From positions 223,930 to 287,929 of the forward strand of contig JAXLZS010000001.1 in NCBI GenBank assembly GCA_046350775.1: a stretch of DNA of 64,000 bases, written 5' to 3'. The notes beneath the pieces were generated by a model. That model was not told where the DNA came from. It made no database searches and was given only the letters and a program-made list of their open reading frames with translations. The first letter of the stretch is position 1, and the number at the start of each line of letters is the position of its first letter. Source of the DNA: Minisyncoccota bacterium (lineage in GTDB: Bacteria; Patescibacteriota; Minisyncoccia; Phycocordibacterales; UBA5272). The position numbers and the translations under genes are program-made. This document shows, piece after piece, positions 38,375 through 48,248 of this stretch.

Positions 38375-39146
38375 GGATTAATTTATAGCCGGCGTTGCGC
38401 ACAGTCTCAATACGACCAGGAAAATTATCTTTTAATAATTTACTGCGAAGATTGTGGACATGTACATCTACAAAACGACTGCTTGGCTGTTCTGATTCAT
38501 GCCAGATTTTTTCTAGAATATAGTCTTTGTCTATGGCTACATTTTCATTTTCTAAAAGCACTTTAAATATATTAGACTCTTTACCAGTCAAAGAGATAAT
38601 TAATTTTTCATTTTTATTTTTATCTATAGCTATCTCTCCAGAATTTAAATTAAAAGTAAAATTCGTCTTTTTATTTTTCAAATTTATTTTTTGAGTTTCA
38701 TCTTCATCGCCATTTTCAGAATCAGCACCAACAGAAATAAAAGAGTTATTTTTGACAATATCTGCCTTGATCAAATTGCGACGATAAAGAGAATGAATAC
38801 GAGCCATCAACTCTTTTACATTGAATGGTTTTACCATGTAGTCGTCAGCTCCGGCTGCCAAACCAAAAACTTTGTCATCGACAGTATCTTTAGCTGTCAA
38901 AATAATCACGCCACTACCGACACCAAGATTTTTAATATCACGTAAAACCTCAATACCGTCTTTCATAGGCATCATTCTGTCTAAAATAATCACATCATAT
39001 TCTTCATTTTTTTTCTTTAGATCCTTAATTTTAGAAAGTCCTTGGACTCCATTAAAAGATACATCTACTAGACATCCATTGTCTTCGAGGTAGATTTTTA
39101 TGGCTTCATTTAATTTTACATTATCTTCTACTAATAGTATTTTCAT
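38367..39146 (-). CDS. Response regulator, OmpR/winged-helix family
   Basis: REC domain KILLVEDN...DVIILDRMMPMKDG...TAKD, plus a C-terminal winged-helix DNA-binding domain. It overlaps the kinase gene by 8 nt. Confidence 0.85.
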   Translation of the reverse strand: MKILLVEDNVKLNEAIKIYLEDNGCLVDVSFNGVQGLSKIKDLKKKNEEYDVIILDRMMPMKDGIEVLRDIKNLGVGSGVIILTAKDTVDDKVFGLAAGADDYMVKPFNVKELMARIHSLYRRNLIKADIVKNNSFISVGADSENGDEDETQKINLKNKKTNFTFNLNSGEIAIDKNKNEKLIISLTGKESNIFKVLLENENVAIDKDYILEKIWHESEQPSSRFVDVHVHNLRSKLLKDNFPGRIETVRNAGYKLILD

Positions 39147-39421
39147 ATCTTTAATTATAGCAAATGTTAAGAAAATAAAAAGCCCTAAAAATTATGTTAA
39201 TTTTCAGGACCCCTTTAAAAAGTCTCGTCAGTTTTCAATCTCCTGCTTTTTTATTAGCAGATGAGAAAGAAAAAGATTCCTTTTTATTAGACAAGAAATC
39301 TTTTGAGCTACATGCACTTCCCTAAAAGAATTGGAGTCTTTACAAAGAAGAGAATATAAATCTTCTCTTACAAAAGAAAGGATCAAAGATAAAGATCTTA
39401 TCCTTTTGTCAATTATAAAAA

Positions 39422-40399
39422 TTACTCATCATCAGCTGAACCAAATTCTCCTTTGAAATTTTGAAGGGCTTCAACTATAGGATCCATCTCGCCTAACATT
39501 ATCTTTGGCAAATTGTGCCAAGATTCCTTTATCCTGTGATCAGTGATTCTGTCTTGGGGAAAATTGTAAGTACGGATCTTTTCACTTCTATCTCCAGTAC
39601 CAACTTGCTCTCTTTTTGCTTCAACATTTTCTTTATTGAATTTTTCCTCTTCCATTTGATCAAGACGAGCTTGAAGCATCTCCATAGCTCTCTCTCTATT
39701 TTTTAATTGACTTCTCTCAATAGTACACTTCACAGCAATACCTGTAGGCTTGTGAATAAGTCTCACAGCAGTCTCGACTTTATTTACATTTTGTCCTCCT
39801 GCCCCACCAGATCGACTAGTCTCCATCTCAATGTCAGCTGGATTGATAGTTATCTTTTTTATTTTTCTAATTGGCATTACTGATACTACTACGGTAGAAG
39901 TGTGCACACGTCCATTTTTTTCTGTATCTGGCACACGCTGTACACGATGGACACCCATCTCGTATTTAAAATTATCCCAAGCAGTCTGACCTTTTATTTC
40001 AAAAGACACATCTTTGTATCCCCCGACGTCAGACACGCTCTCATCTAATTTTTCAAAGCTACATTTTTTCTTTAGTGCGAAATTTTGATACATATTGGCT
40101 AGCTCTGCTGCGAATAGAGATGACTCATCACCTCCCGCTCCAGCTGCTATCTCAAGAATCATAGCTTTTGGCTTTTCTTCTTCTGCTTTATCTTTATCAA
40201 GAATCTCAGTCATCTCTCTCCACAGATTTTCTTTTTGTAAAGAAATATCTTTAAGCTCTTCTTCAGCTATATCTTTCATGTCAGGATCAGATAATAGAGA
40301 ATTAGCCTCTTCTTCTTTTTTTAAGAGATCTTCGTATGCTGGATAAGAGGTATATTTTGTCTTATCATTTTCTCTAAAGTCTTCTGATGTATATGCCAT
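39422..40399 (-). CDS. prfA: Peptide chain release factor 1-like (GGQ motif, PxT-type recognition loop)
   Basis: [17 protein letters not shown], the RF1-type [20 protein letters not shown], and [16 protein letters not shown]. Confidence 0.75.
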   Translation of the reverse strand: MAYTSEDFRENDKTKYTSYPAYEDLLKKEEEANSLLSDPDMKDIAEEELKDISLQKENLWREMTEILDKDKAEEEKPKAMILEIAAGAGGDESSLFAAELANMYQNFALKKKCSFEKLDESVSDVGGYKDVSFEIKGQTAWDNFKYEMGVHRVQRVPDTEKNGRVHTSTVVVSVMPIRKIKKITINPADIEMETSRSGGAGGQNVNKVETAVRLIHKPTGIAVKCTIERSQLKNRERAMEMLQARLDQMEEEKFNKENVEAKREQVGTGDRSEKIRTYNFPQDRITDHRIKESWHNLPKIMLGEMDPIVEALQNFKGEFGSADDE

Positions 40400-40477
40400 A
40401 TATTTATATTAATAATTATACTCTATTTATACAAAATAAAAACACTCTCAAAAATAGAGAATGTTTTTATTTTTGAG

Positions 40478-40708
40478 TTAAGCTTTTTTTGTAGCTTTTT
40501 TAGCTGTAGCTGCTGCAACTTTTTTCTTGAATCTATCTACTCTTCCTGCTGTGTCTAGTACTTTCTCTTGTCCTGTGTAGAAGGGATGACAAGCTGAACA
40601 GATTTCAACCTCTATATCTTTTTGTGTTGATCCTACAGTATATTTAGCTCCACATGCGCATGTAGCTACTGCATCTGCAAAATAATCTCCGTGAATGTCT
40701 TTTTTCAT
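40478..40708 (-). CDS. rpmE: 50S ribosomal protein L31 (Zn-ribbon type, CxxC...CxxC)
   Basis: MKKDIHGDYFADAVATCACGAKYTVGSTQKDIEVEICSACHPFYTGQ. Confidence 0.9.
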   Translation of the reverse strand: MKKDIHGDYFADAVATCACGAKYTVGSTQKDIEVEICSACHPFYTGQEKVLDTAGRVDRFKKKVAAATAKKATKKA

Positions 40709-40904
40709 AAATTTCCTTAGTTTTATGTGTTTTATTTAGTAATAGAATACTATCATAAATTAGAGAATAAATCAAATAAATAATTGGCCTTTATTTTTAA
40801 TATTTAAAATGCTATTATGTATTTACGTCCTTTATTGGAATGTATTTATGTATCTTTCTGTCTAACTATATTATGACTAGCACTCATAAGAAATAGTAAG
40901 AGGA

Positions 40905-41090
40905 TTGATACGAAACCGCAAGAGTCTGTGGGCTTTGACTAACAGCTTTATGAGCCGGGTCAGATAAAGCCTTGCACACACCGCACAGATAAAAGTAAAT
41001 GGTCCGAAAGTAGTGACGAGCGAAATCGATAAAAAACAAAACTTTTCAAAAACCATTTTACAAAAATCTTGCGGTTTTTGTTTTAGTTTT
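40905..41090 (+). ncRNA. Candidate structured ncRNA (family unassigned) in a GC-enriched non-coding island
   Basis: An 11-nt 5' segment AAACCGCAAGA is the exact complement of UCUUGCGGUUU about 150 nt downstream, and is followed by UUUUGUUUU. Internal complementary pairs exist (GCUUUAU/AUAAAGC, UCUGUG/CACAGA). The only ORF here (40877..41104, minus strand) has a non-protein-like composition. Confidence 0.35.
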
Positions 41091-41253
41091 TTATAACTTG
41101 ACAAATGTTAAATAAATATGCTAGATTTATTTAAGTTAAATTTTACAAAATATCACAGTAGCTATATGAATTTAAAATCTTGAATTTATATAGCTGCTGT
41201 TATAGTTGGCTGGTGTATGAATATCTCTACACCAAAATTGTAAAAATTAAAAA

Positions 41254-41631
41254 ATGTACAACATTCTTAACAAAAAAATTGAAATTTCTAAATCCAGATG
41301 GGTAGCATTAAATGCTGTAAATTTCTTCCTGAGATTAAACCTTAAAAAGGAAATATATTTCCAGGAGACTACAATCAAAAAAGATAACGCCGGTTTTGAA
41401 ATAAGAAGCTTGTGCCTTCCAAATGATTTTGCTTTCTGTTTAAAAAACATTAAAGCAAACGTAAAACTTATAAAAGATAAAGGTAAACATGAACAAGATA
41501 TTTACCGTGTAGAAACAATATCAATTTACATTGAGGAGACTAAGCAAAAATTCTTTTTTGACAGAAGTGAGCTAAAATCAAATAAGGAAATGGAAAGTTT
41601 TATTATGCTACTGGAGAGTGGACAAAGATAA
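41254..41631 (+). CDS. Hypothetical protein
   Basis: 125-aa ORF followed by a terminator. Confidence 0.35.
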   Translation: MYNILNKKIEISKSRWVALNAVNFFLRLNLKKEIYFQETTIKKDNAGFEIRSLCLPNDFAFCLKNIKANVKLIKDKGKHEQDIYRVETISIYIEETKQKFFFDRSELKSNKEMESFIMLLESGQR

Positions 41632-41649
41632 AAAACTGGGATTATAACC

Positions 41650-41677
41650 AAGCCGATCATAACGATCGGCTTTTTTA
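41650..41677. terminator. Bidirectional rho-independent terminator gccgatc-ataac-gatcggc plus T(6)
   Basis: Perfect 7-bp stem between convergent genes. Confidence 0.7.
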
Positions 41678-42790
41678 TATCCTAAACTCTATTACATCAC
41701 CATCTTTCACAATATATTCTTTGCCTTCGGTGCGGACTAGTCCTTTTTCTCTAGCAACTTTATAACTTCCAGATTCTAATAAATCTTTTGAAGCAACGAC
41801 TTCGGCACGAATGAATTTATTTTGAAAGTCAGTATGAATAGCTGCGGCAGCGACAGGTGCAGTACTATTCTTTTTAATAGTCCAGCCACGAGTCTCATCC
41901 TCCCCTGTAGTAAAATAAGTCTCTAAACCGAGCATTTTGTATCCTTCATGAATTAATTCTATAATCCCATCTTCACTCACTCCGTCTACCATCTCTTTTC
42001 TCATCAATTCTTTCTCTTCTCCCTCAAAATCTTTTAATTCATCTTCGACTTTTGCGTCAATCTTACAATAATTAAAATTATTTTCTTTAAAATAATTCAT
42101 TAATTCTTGATATCTGTTGTCATTTAATTCATCCAGATTTTTAGCGCCAGCTTTTTTATTTAAAGCATAAAGAATTGGCTTCATAGTGATCAAGTGAAGC
42201 TCACGAATTAATTTTATCTCTTCTTCGTCTAGTTTTTTATCAACTAAAAGTCTATTGGCAAATTTGTCCTCATCAAGATAAGATTTGACTTTGAGCATTG
42301 CTTCTTTAAATTTTATAGCAACCTTGTCTCCCTTCTTAACATCTTTCTCTATTGTTTCTAATCTTTTATTTATGGTAGCCTGATCAGCCAAGATTAATTC
42401 TAGATTTATAATTTGTATATCAAGAAGAGGATCAATACGATTTTCAACATGTATCTGTTTATCATCCTCAAAGATTCTCACCACTTCAAGTATCGCATCT
42501 GTATCACGAATGTGTTGTAAGAATTTATTTCCAAGTCCAGCCCCTTCTGACGCTCCTTTTACAAGACCGGCAATATCTACGAATTCTACAATAGCAGGTA
42601 CAGTTTTTTTACTATTACTCATTTTTGATAAAGCATAAAGTCTCTCATCTTGCACTTCCACAATACCAACTGATGGATCAATAGTGCAAAATGGATAATT
42701 TTCTGCAGGCACACTATTTTTTGTTAGTGCGTTAAAGAGTGTACTTTTGCCAACATTTGGCAATCCGACTATTCCAATAGAGAGTGACAT
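41675..42790 (-). CDS. ychF: Ribosome-binding ATPase YchF (Obg-family, C-terminal TGS domain)
   Basis: GIVGLPNVGKSTLFNALT...ENYPFCTIDPSVGIVEV, and the C-terminal TGS pattern KGLVRTEGKEYIVKDGDVIEFRI. Confidence 0.88.
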   Translation of the reverse strand: MSLSIGIVGLPNVGKSTLFNALTKNSVPAENYPFCTIDPSVGIVEVQDERLYALSKMSNSKKTVPAIVEFVDIAGLVKGASEGAGLGNKFLQHIRDTDAILEVVRIFEDDKQIHVENRIDPLLDIQIINLELILADQATINKRLETIEKDVKKGDKVAIKFKEAMLKVKSYLDEDKFANRLLVDKKLDEEEIKLIRELHLITMKPILYALNKKAGAKNLDELNDNRYQELMNYFKENNFNYCKIDAKVEDELKDFEGEEKELMRKEMVDGVSEDGIIELIHEGYKMLGLETYFTTGEDETRGWTIKKNSTAPVAAAAIHTDFQNKFIRAEVVASKDLLESGSYKVAREKGLVRTEGKEYIVKDGDVIEFRI

Positions 42791-42856
42791 AATGTATAGA
42801 ATATATCAAAAAATAAAAGATTTTCAAAATAAAAATAAAATGCTTTTTTATTTTTA

Positions 42857-43333
42857 TTATTCTTGACTTAATACAGCTATAATATCAACAGTATCCAATA
42901 CATCCCACCCCATTTCTTTAAAATTTTTTATCACACCAGAGCTTCCTTGGTCAAAATGAGTTATTGCTATAACTATATGATTTTTAGCTAATTCAATAAT
43001 TTGCTTACATTTTTTAATATCACGAACAGCTCCAATCCATACAAAATTATTTGATTTAAGATCTTTTTCATCTAGCAGTTCCAACCATGGAAGTCCATAC
43101 TGATCATTTAGATCCATTGATTTTATACCCACAAGACCCATACTCAATCTATCTCTAATAGTATTGCATAAATTTAAAGCAATATAAAAATTCCAATTCT
43201 GATCATTGCTAGAAATAAAAATAACGCCGGTCGAGTCTTTGGCAACATCAACTACTGCTTCAATTGATTTATTATTTGTAGGGATTTTAATGTCCAGTAT
43301 ATCTTTATAAAAGATTAAACTTTTGGAGTTGTA
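42857..43333 (-). CDS. Hypothetical protein; the open frame extends 62 codons upstream of the first ATG with no canonical start, and is in frame with the upstream ORF across a single TAA
   Basis: The track ORF 42857..43147 starts at TTG, with the first ATG two codons in. I translated plus-strand triplets 43148-43333 and found no tta/cta/tca, so there are no minus-strand stops before the TAA at 43334-43336. Confidence 0.4.
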   Translation of the reverse strand, partial: YNSKSLIFYKDILDIKIPTNNKSIEAVVDVAKDSTGVIFISSNDQNWNFYIALNLCNTIRDRLSMGLVGIKSMDLNDQYGLPWLELLDEKDLKSNNFVWIGAVRDIKKCKQIIELAKNHIVIAITHFDQGSSGVIKNFKEMGWDVLDTVDIIAVLSQE

Positions 43334-43990
43334 TTATTGCTTATTTAGTTTACCATTCAACCATTTATATGTATCCGGTTTACAATTTGTATCATCTTCG
43401 GAACACATGTCAGAAATAATCAATTTAGCTTTCTCGTTTATAATAATATTTTGTATAGAGCTCAAATCTTTATTAAAGATAAACTTATTAGAAGTTGGAT
43501 CATATAGAAAAATATTATAAGAATCTACTCCCGAGCCATTACTAGAAACAACTGACAAATCATTATATTCGTCGAAATTATAATCACTATCAAGATTTAC
43601 CACTTCTGACCCCATAGAAAGGTCCACAAAATCCACGTCACTTTCATTTAAAATTTTCTTAATATCATCCACTGTAATAACCTGATTTACTGATCCTGAG
43701 ATAGTTAACTTGTCCTGATTGCAAGAAAGTACTATTTTTACATGTATATCTTTTTTTATCTCTCCTGTATAAATATGCTCTACGCCAAATCCTGCATCGG
43801 CATATTTATTCTGATCTCCATTACAATTAGGATCAGAATAAACACTTGAGGTATTTTGACTATTAGAATTAATATAAAAAATTTTATTGCTTACTTTGTA
43901 TTTATTGTAATAAAATATCGTAAATAAGATCACAACTAAAAACACTACTATTAATAATAGATATTTATACTTTTTTAAAATATTTCTCAT
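43334..43990 (-). CDS. Hypothetical membrane-anchored extracytoplasmic protein
   Basis: N-terminal TM LLLIVVFLVVILFTIFYY. The body is Ser/Asn/Asp-rich with several Cys. Confidence 0.45.
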   Translation of the reverse strand: MRNILKKYKYLLLIVVFLVVILFTIFYYNKYKVSNKIFYINSNSQNTSSVYSDPNCNGDQNKYADAGFGVEHIYTGEIKKDIHVKIVLSCNQDKLTISGSVNQVITVDDIKKILNESDVDFVDLSMGSEVVNLDSDYNFDEYNDLSVVSSNGSGVDSYNIFLYDPTSNKFIFNKDLSSIQNIIINEKAKLIISDMCSEDDTNCKPDTYKWLNGKLNKQ

Positions 43991-43994
43991 ATTT

Positions 43995-44252
43995 TTATCT
44001 CTGTACAGTCTGTTGAAGACCAGCTTTTGCGGCGACTTCTTGAAGTTCTTTTTGATATTTTTTCATCACTTCAAATCCTGCATACATCTCTGGCTTACCA
44101 GCTTTTACAAGCTCTTGTGTCTCCTTTGCTATTTTCTCAAAAAGCTTTGGATCAACTTCCACTAATTTTTGTATCATCTCCTTTTGATCTTCTGGAAGAT
44201 TGCGAGTTGCATATTTAGCTGCTTGCTTTGTAAAGAATTGTTTTATACCCAT
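43995..44252 (-). CDS. Small helical hypothetical protein
   Basis: 85-aa ORF. Confidence 0.35.
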   Translation of the reverse strand: MGIKQFFTKQAAKYATRNLPEDQKEMIQKLVEVDPKLFEKIAKETQELVKAGKPEMYAGFEVMKKYQKELQEVAAKAGLQQTVQR

Positions 44253-44269
44253 ATATTTAATATTATATT

Positions 44270-45010
44270 TTAATTTTGTGTTGAGGTAGCGACGACACCA
44301 TCCATACTATTAATCTTGTCTTCGATAAATTTCTCCATAGCTTGAGCAGACAAAGAAAGATCTGTCCATTCTTCTCCATTTATAAATACTGTAGGTGTGT
44401 GATTTAGTTGTAATTTTGTAGCTTCTAATAAAGCAGCATTTACAATATCTTTTGTTTTTTCACTATCACGATCAAGAACAAATTTTGCCATATCGAGTCC
44501 CATATCTTTAGCATATCCTTCTATTTTAGACTTAGCATCAAGAGCCTCAGACCATTCACTCTGTTTTGCAAAAAGCACATCATGCATCTCCCAAAACTTT
44601 CCCTGCTCTTTTGCTGCCTCAGTAGAATAAGCTGACAATAAAGCATTTTTATGAATTGATATAAGAGGGAAATATTTATATGTCAAAGATAAGGTTGAAG
44701 ATCCATATTTATTATTTATATAATTAAATACTTCTGGAAAAATAGCTGAGAGCTGAGAGCATGCAGGGCACTGAAAATCAGCGTACTCAACTAATTTTAT
44801 TTTTGCATTTGGATCACCTATAGTATATCTGATATCAGTCACATTTTCTATAACATTTACATTTTTCTTGTTGTTTTTATTCAAAAAATAATTTAAACCA
44901 AACAAAAATAATACTATGACTAATAAAGATATAGCTATCACAAATAAGCTTCCTCCATTTTTTTTATCCTTACTAGAGCTGCTATGAGAATGTTGAATAA
45001 TGTTTGACAT
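44270..45010 (-). CDS. Second membrane-anchored DsbA/BdbD-like thiol:disulfide oxidoreductase (CPAC active site)
   Basis: N-terminal TM, then EYADFQCPACSQL, a thioredoxin-fold CxxC. Confidence 0.7.
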   Translation of the reverse strand: MSNIIQHSHSSSSKDKKNGGSLFVIAISLLVIVLFLFGLNYFLNKNNKKNVNVIENVTDIRYTIGDPNAKIKLVEYADFQCPACSQLSAIFPEVFNYINNKYGSSTLSLTYKYFPLISIHKNALLSAYSTEAAKEQGKFWEMHDVLFAKQSEWSEALDAKSKIEGYAKDMGLDMAKFVLDRDSEKTKDIVNAALLEATKLQLNHTPTVFINGEEWTDLSLSAQAMEKFIEDKINSMDGVVATSTQN

Positions 45011-45078
45011 AAATAAATCAAATAATTTTTATATATTTTTAATAAATTAATAATAGGATTATATCATAAAAACCAATT

Positions 45079-46905
45079 TTATCTATCAGGAGGAACCTCA
45101 TAATAATTAATCAAAAAATTAACTAAACTAAAAAAAGAATCTTTCAAGGTCTGAGATGCGTACTGGGCGCCTTTTGGATAAGTCTGATAAAGGAAAATTA
45201 TATATTTTGGCTTTGTAGCTGGAAAATACCCCATAAAAGAGTGCAAATATCTATCATCATAATATTTCCCTGTGGAAGGATTCACCATTTGAGCTGTACC
45301 AGTCTTGGCAGCGACTGTGTATTTTGGATTTTTCATATGCATAGAGTCATCAACGACTCTAGTCAAAATATTACTAATTCTACGACTGGTTGAAGCATTT
45401 TGAAATATTTGCACAGGATCATCTTGAGCTATGACTTTTGTGTCACCGTTGTCATAAGTTATACTTTTTACAACATGTGGATTTACCAACTTTCCACCAT
45501 TACCTAGCGTGGCTAGAGCACGAATAGTCTGTATAGGTGTGAGTGCTATACCCTGTCCAAATCCAGCAGTCACAGAATCGACCAAAACATTTGAATCGAG
45601 ATTGGCCACAAGACCATGGGCCTCATTTGGTAAATCTATGCCGGTATAATCGCCTAGACCATAATTATGAAAATAATTAGAAAGAGTCGCATTTCCCATT
45701 TTTTCTACTAAAAATGCAATACCCACATTCAAAGATTGAGAAAGTATTTGTTGAAGAGGAGTATTTGGACCTCTAGCTTTTCCATCATAATTTGAGACTT
45801 TGTATCCATTTAGCATCACACTTCCAGCATCATAATAGGTAGTATTTTCATTTACAGTATTTGAATCTAAAGCTGCCGCTACAGTCAGAGGCTTTATAAT
45901 AGATCCCATCTCATAAACTCCGGATACCAAATCATTATTGTAAAGAGATATGTCGGATACATTTTTATAATCGTTTGGATCAAAACTAGGCACTTCATCC
46001 ATAGCAACTATGGATCCGTCGTTTATGTTCATAATTATTCCACCAATCTTTTCGGATTGCCATCTATCTCTAGCGTCTACCAATACTTTATGGAGATAGC
46101 TCTCCGAATTTATATCTATTGTAAGATTTATATCTCCTTCTAGATTGCTATCTGGGGCTGATTTTTTGTCCAAATCTGAGTCTTCTATAGAATTGAAATC
46201 AGAAAATATTTCTGCAAAAAAATTTGATTTAACTGTAGAAGATTTCATCAAAACATCATTATAATATTTTTCGACCCCATAAAGACCAGCTCTATCATTA
46301 CCAGAATATCCAACGAACCCTAAAACTTTAGCACCAGTATCTTTAGAAAAATAAACTCTACTCTTTTTTCTGTTTACTATTACACCTTTTATTTTAAGAG
46401 ACATTATGTCGTTGGCGATATACTCATTTACATTTGTAGCCAAAACTTCAAAAGAAGAGTTTTTCTTATTTATTTTATTAAGAAAAGTGTTTTCGTCTAC
46501 CAAAATACCATTCGTAGTAGTAGACACACCATCGAGAATTTCTTTTGGTTTATTTTTTTCAAAAGCTGAAAAGATTTTATTGTAAATATCTTTTTGTAAA
46601 TCACTCTCTGATTTTTCATTATTTATCTTAGTCGACAAATCCTTTGCTACAGTCTTTGGATCAATATCAATATCATACTCATTAGTCATTTGCACAGCGA
46701 CAGCTGGCGTGCCATCTTTGTTTGTAAAATTAATAGCCCCTCGATCAAAGTTGTCTCCTGTAGTATAAAAATATTGATCTTCGGCTTCACGACGATAATC
46801 TTTACCGTGAATAATCTGCAAATAAAAAAGCCTCACTCCTATTAATATAAAGATGAGAATTATTATAAAAATAAAAAAATTTATTCTTTTATTTACTTGG
46901 CTCAT
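45079..46905 (-). CDS. ftsI: Penicillin-binding protein (FtsI/PBP3-like transpeptidase) of the dcw cluster
   Basis: N-terminal TM. Active site SIIKPLTVAAAL (SxxK), SxN region, and KTGTAQM (KTG motif). It lies downstream of mraZ-rsmH-ftsL. Confidence 0.85.
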   Translation of the reverse strand: MSQVNKRINFFIFIIILIFILIGVRLFYLQIIHGKDYRREAEDQYFYTTGDNFDRGAINFTNKDGTPAVAVQMTNEYDIDIDPKTVAKDLSTKINNEKSESDLQKDIYNKIFSAFEKNKPKEILDGVSTTTNGILVDENTFLNKINKKNSSFEVLATNVNEYIANDIMSLKIKGVIVNRKKSRVYFSKDTGAKVLGFVGYSGNDRAGLYGVEKYYNDVLMKSSTVKSNFFAEIFSDFNSIEDSDLDKKSAPDSNLEGDINLTIDINSESYLHKVLVDARDRWQSEKIGGIIMNINDGSIVAMDEVPSFDPNDYKNVSDISLYNNDLVSGVYEMGSIIKPLTVAAALDSNTVNENTTYYDAGSVMLNGYKVSNYDGKARGPNTPLQQILSQSLNVGIAFLVEKMGNATLSNYFHNYGLGDYTGIDLPNEAHGLVANLDSNVLVDSVTAGFGQGIALTPIQTIRALATLGNGGKLVNPHVVKSITYDNGDTKVIAQDDPVQIFQNASTSRRISNILTRVVDDSMHMKNPKYTVAAKTGTAQMVNPSTGKYYDDRYLHSFMGYFPATKPKYIIFLYQTYPKGAQYASQTLKDSFFSLVNFLINYYEVPPDR

Positions 46906-46923
46906 TATTCTAATTATAATATA

Positions 46924-47328
46924 TTATTGACTGACTCCACTTTCATACAAAAAAGAAAGGCTTGCTGCCACATCTTTACGTGAGACAAAGGTATTGTCAC
47001 CAGCATCTACATATCCATTCGCAAAGGCAAAATCTTTTGTGAGACTTCTGACTGAAGAATTATACTCCTTTTCTATTTTGGCAATATTAAAATTAATAGT
47101 ATTTATTTCTGCTAAAGACTCTTTTTTATTTATTATATTAAAAATTATAGACACTACTAGTATCACATATACTATACTGAGAGCTGCTAAAATAAATAAT
47201 AAAGCGTGCACTATATGCATTTTAATTGAAGTCTTGGCGCTAGTTGTAGAAAAATTTTTAAAATTATGTAAAAAAAGCTTGTTACCAGTGAGTCTTTCTT
47301 TATTTAATTGTGTAGCGCTGATTTGCAT
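46924..47328 (-). CDS. ftsL: FtsL-like cell-division protein (small bitopic protein between rsmH and ftsI)
   Basis: 134 aa with a single TM LLFILAALSIVYVILVVSIIF. Assigned by its conserved position between rsmH and ftsI. Confidence 0.55.
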   Translation of the reverse strand: MQISATQLNKERLTGNKLFLHNFKNFSTTSAKTSIKMHIVHALLFILAALSIVYVILVVSIIFNIINKKESLAEINTINFNIAKIEKEYNSSVRSLTKDFAFANGYVDAGDNTFVSRKDVAASLSFLYESGVSQ

Positions 47329-47330
47329 AT

Positions 47331-48248
47331 TTATATTTTTTCTATGACACGAAGTTTTGCACTTCTAGATCTTGGATTTTCTTTTATTTCTTGCCTGCTA
47401 GGCTCTAAAAAATCTTTTTTATTTTCAAATTTTATTAATTTAATTTTATCCTTATTGCTTCTAACTACATTTTTTACCACCCTATCTTCACCAGAATGGA
47501 AAGTTAAAATACTAGCCCTCCCCTTTTCATTTAAAATATTTGGCAAACAAGATAGCAAATCCTCTTCAGCCTTTATCTCATCATTGACAGTGATGCGCAA
47601 AGCCTGAAAAGTCTTGGTAGCAAAATGAGTTTTTCCATGTTTATATTTTTCTGGCACAGATTGAGAGATTATGTCCACTAGATCAAATGTAGTTTTTATC
47701 TCTTTCTTTTTTCTAAATTCGCAGATATTTTTAGCTATTCTTCTAGCATATTTTTCATCGCCATAATAAAATATGATGTCTGCCAAATTTTCTTCTCCCC
47801 AGTTGTTTACTATTTTTTTAGCAGTCAAAGTATTTTTAGAAACTTTATCAGATAATGTCATGAGAAGAGGCTCATCTTTTTGAAAAGTAAATCCTCTACC
47901 TGAGTCGTCTATTTCTTGAGAAGATACGCCGAGATCCGCCATGATAGCATCTACCTTTTTACCTCTTAAAATAGTTTCTAGATTTCGAAAATTATCATTT
48001 ATATAAAATATTTTCGGTATTTTATCTCCAGATAATTCTTTTTCTAAAAATGTTTTAGCCTCTTTGAGAGCTTGATTGTCTAAATCTAGACAGAATAGAG
48101 TCCCTGCCTTTCCAATTTTTTTTGCAATTTCTAGTGAGTGTCCGGCTCTATTTGTAGTACAGTCGACTACTGTATCGCCAGCTTTCAAATTAAGACTTTC
48201 TACACTCTCTTTTAACAAGATTGGAATATGCATATTTTTACAACACAC
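47331..48248 (-). CDS. rsmH: 16S rRNA (cytosine1402-N4)-methyltransferase RsmH/MraW
   Basis: HIPILLKESVESL...VVDCTTNRAGHS...FQALRI, and its position after mraZ. Confidence 0.88.
   Translation of the reverse strand: MCCKNMHIPILLKESVESLNLKAGDTVVDCTTNRAGHSLEIAKKIGKAGTLFCLDLDNQALKEAKTFLEKELSGDKIPKIFYINDNFRNLETILRGKKVDAIMADLGVSSQEIDDSGRGFTFQKDEPLLMTLSDKVSKNTLTAKKIVNNWGEENLADIIFYYGDEKYARRIAKNICEFRKKKEIKTTFDLVDIISQSVPEKYKHGKTHFATKTFQALRITVNDEIKAEEDLLSCLPNILNEKGRASILTFHSGEDRVVKNVVRSNKDKIKLIKFENKKDFLEPSRQEIKENPRSRSAKLRVIEKI

Noticed and set aside
40877-41104. 75-aa ORF on the minus strand in the rpmE-adjacent intergenic island
   Set aside because: Its composition is non-protein-like (Cys/Phe/Leu-rich with no motif), and it exactly overlaps the segment with long-range RNA-like complementarity. 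I treat it as non-coding (see the ncRNA candidate).
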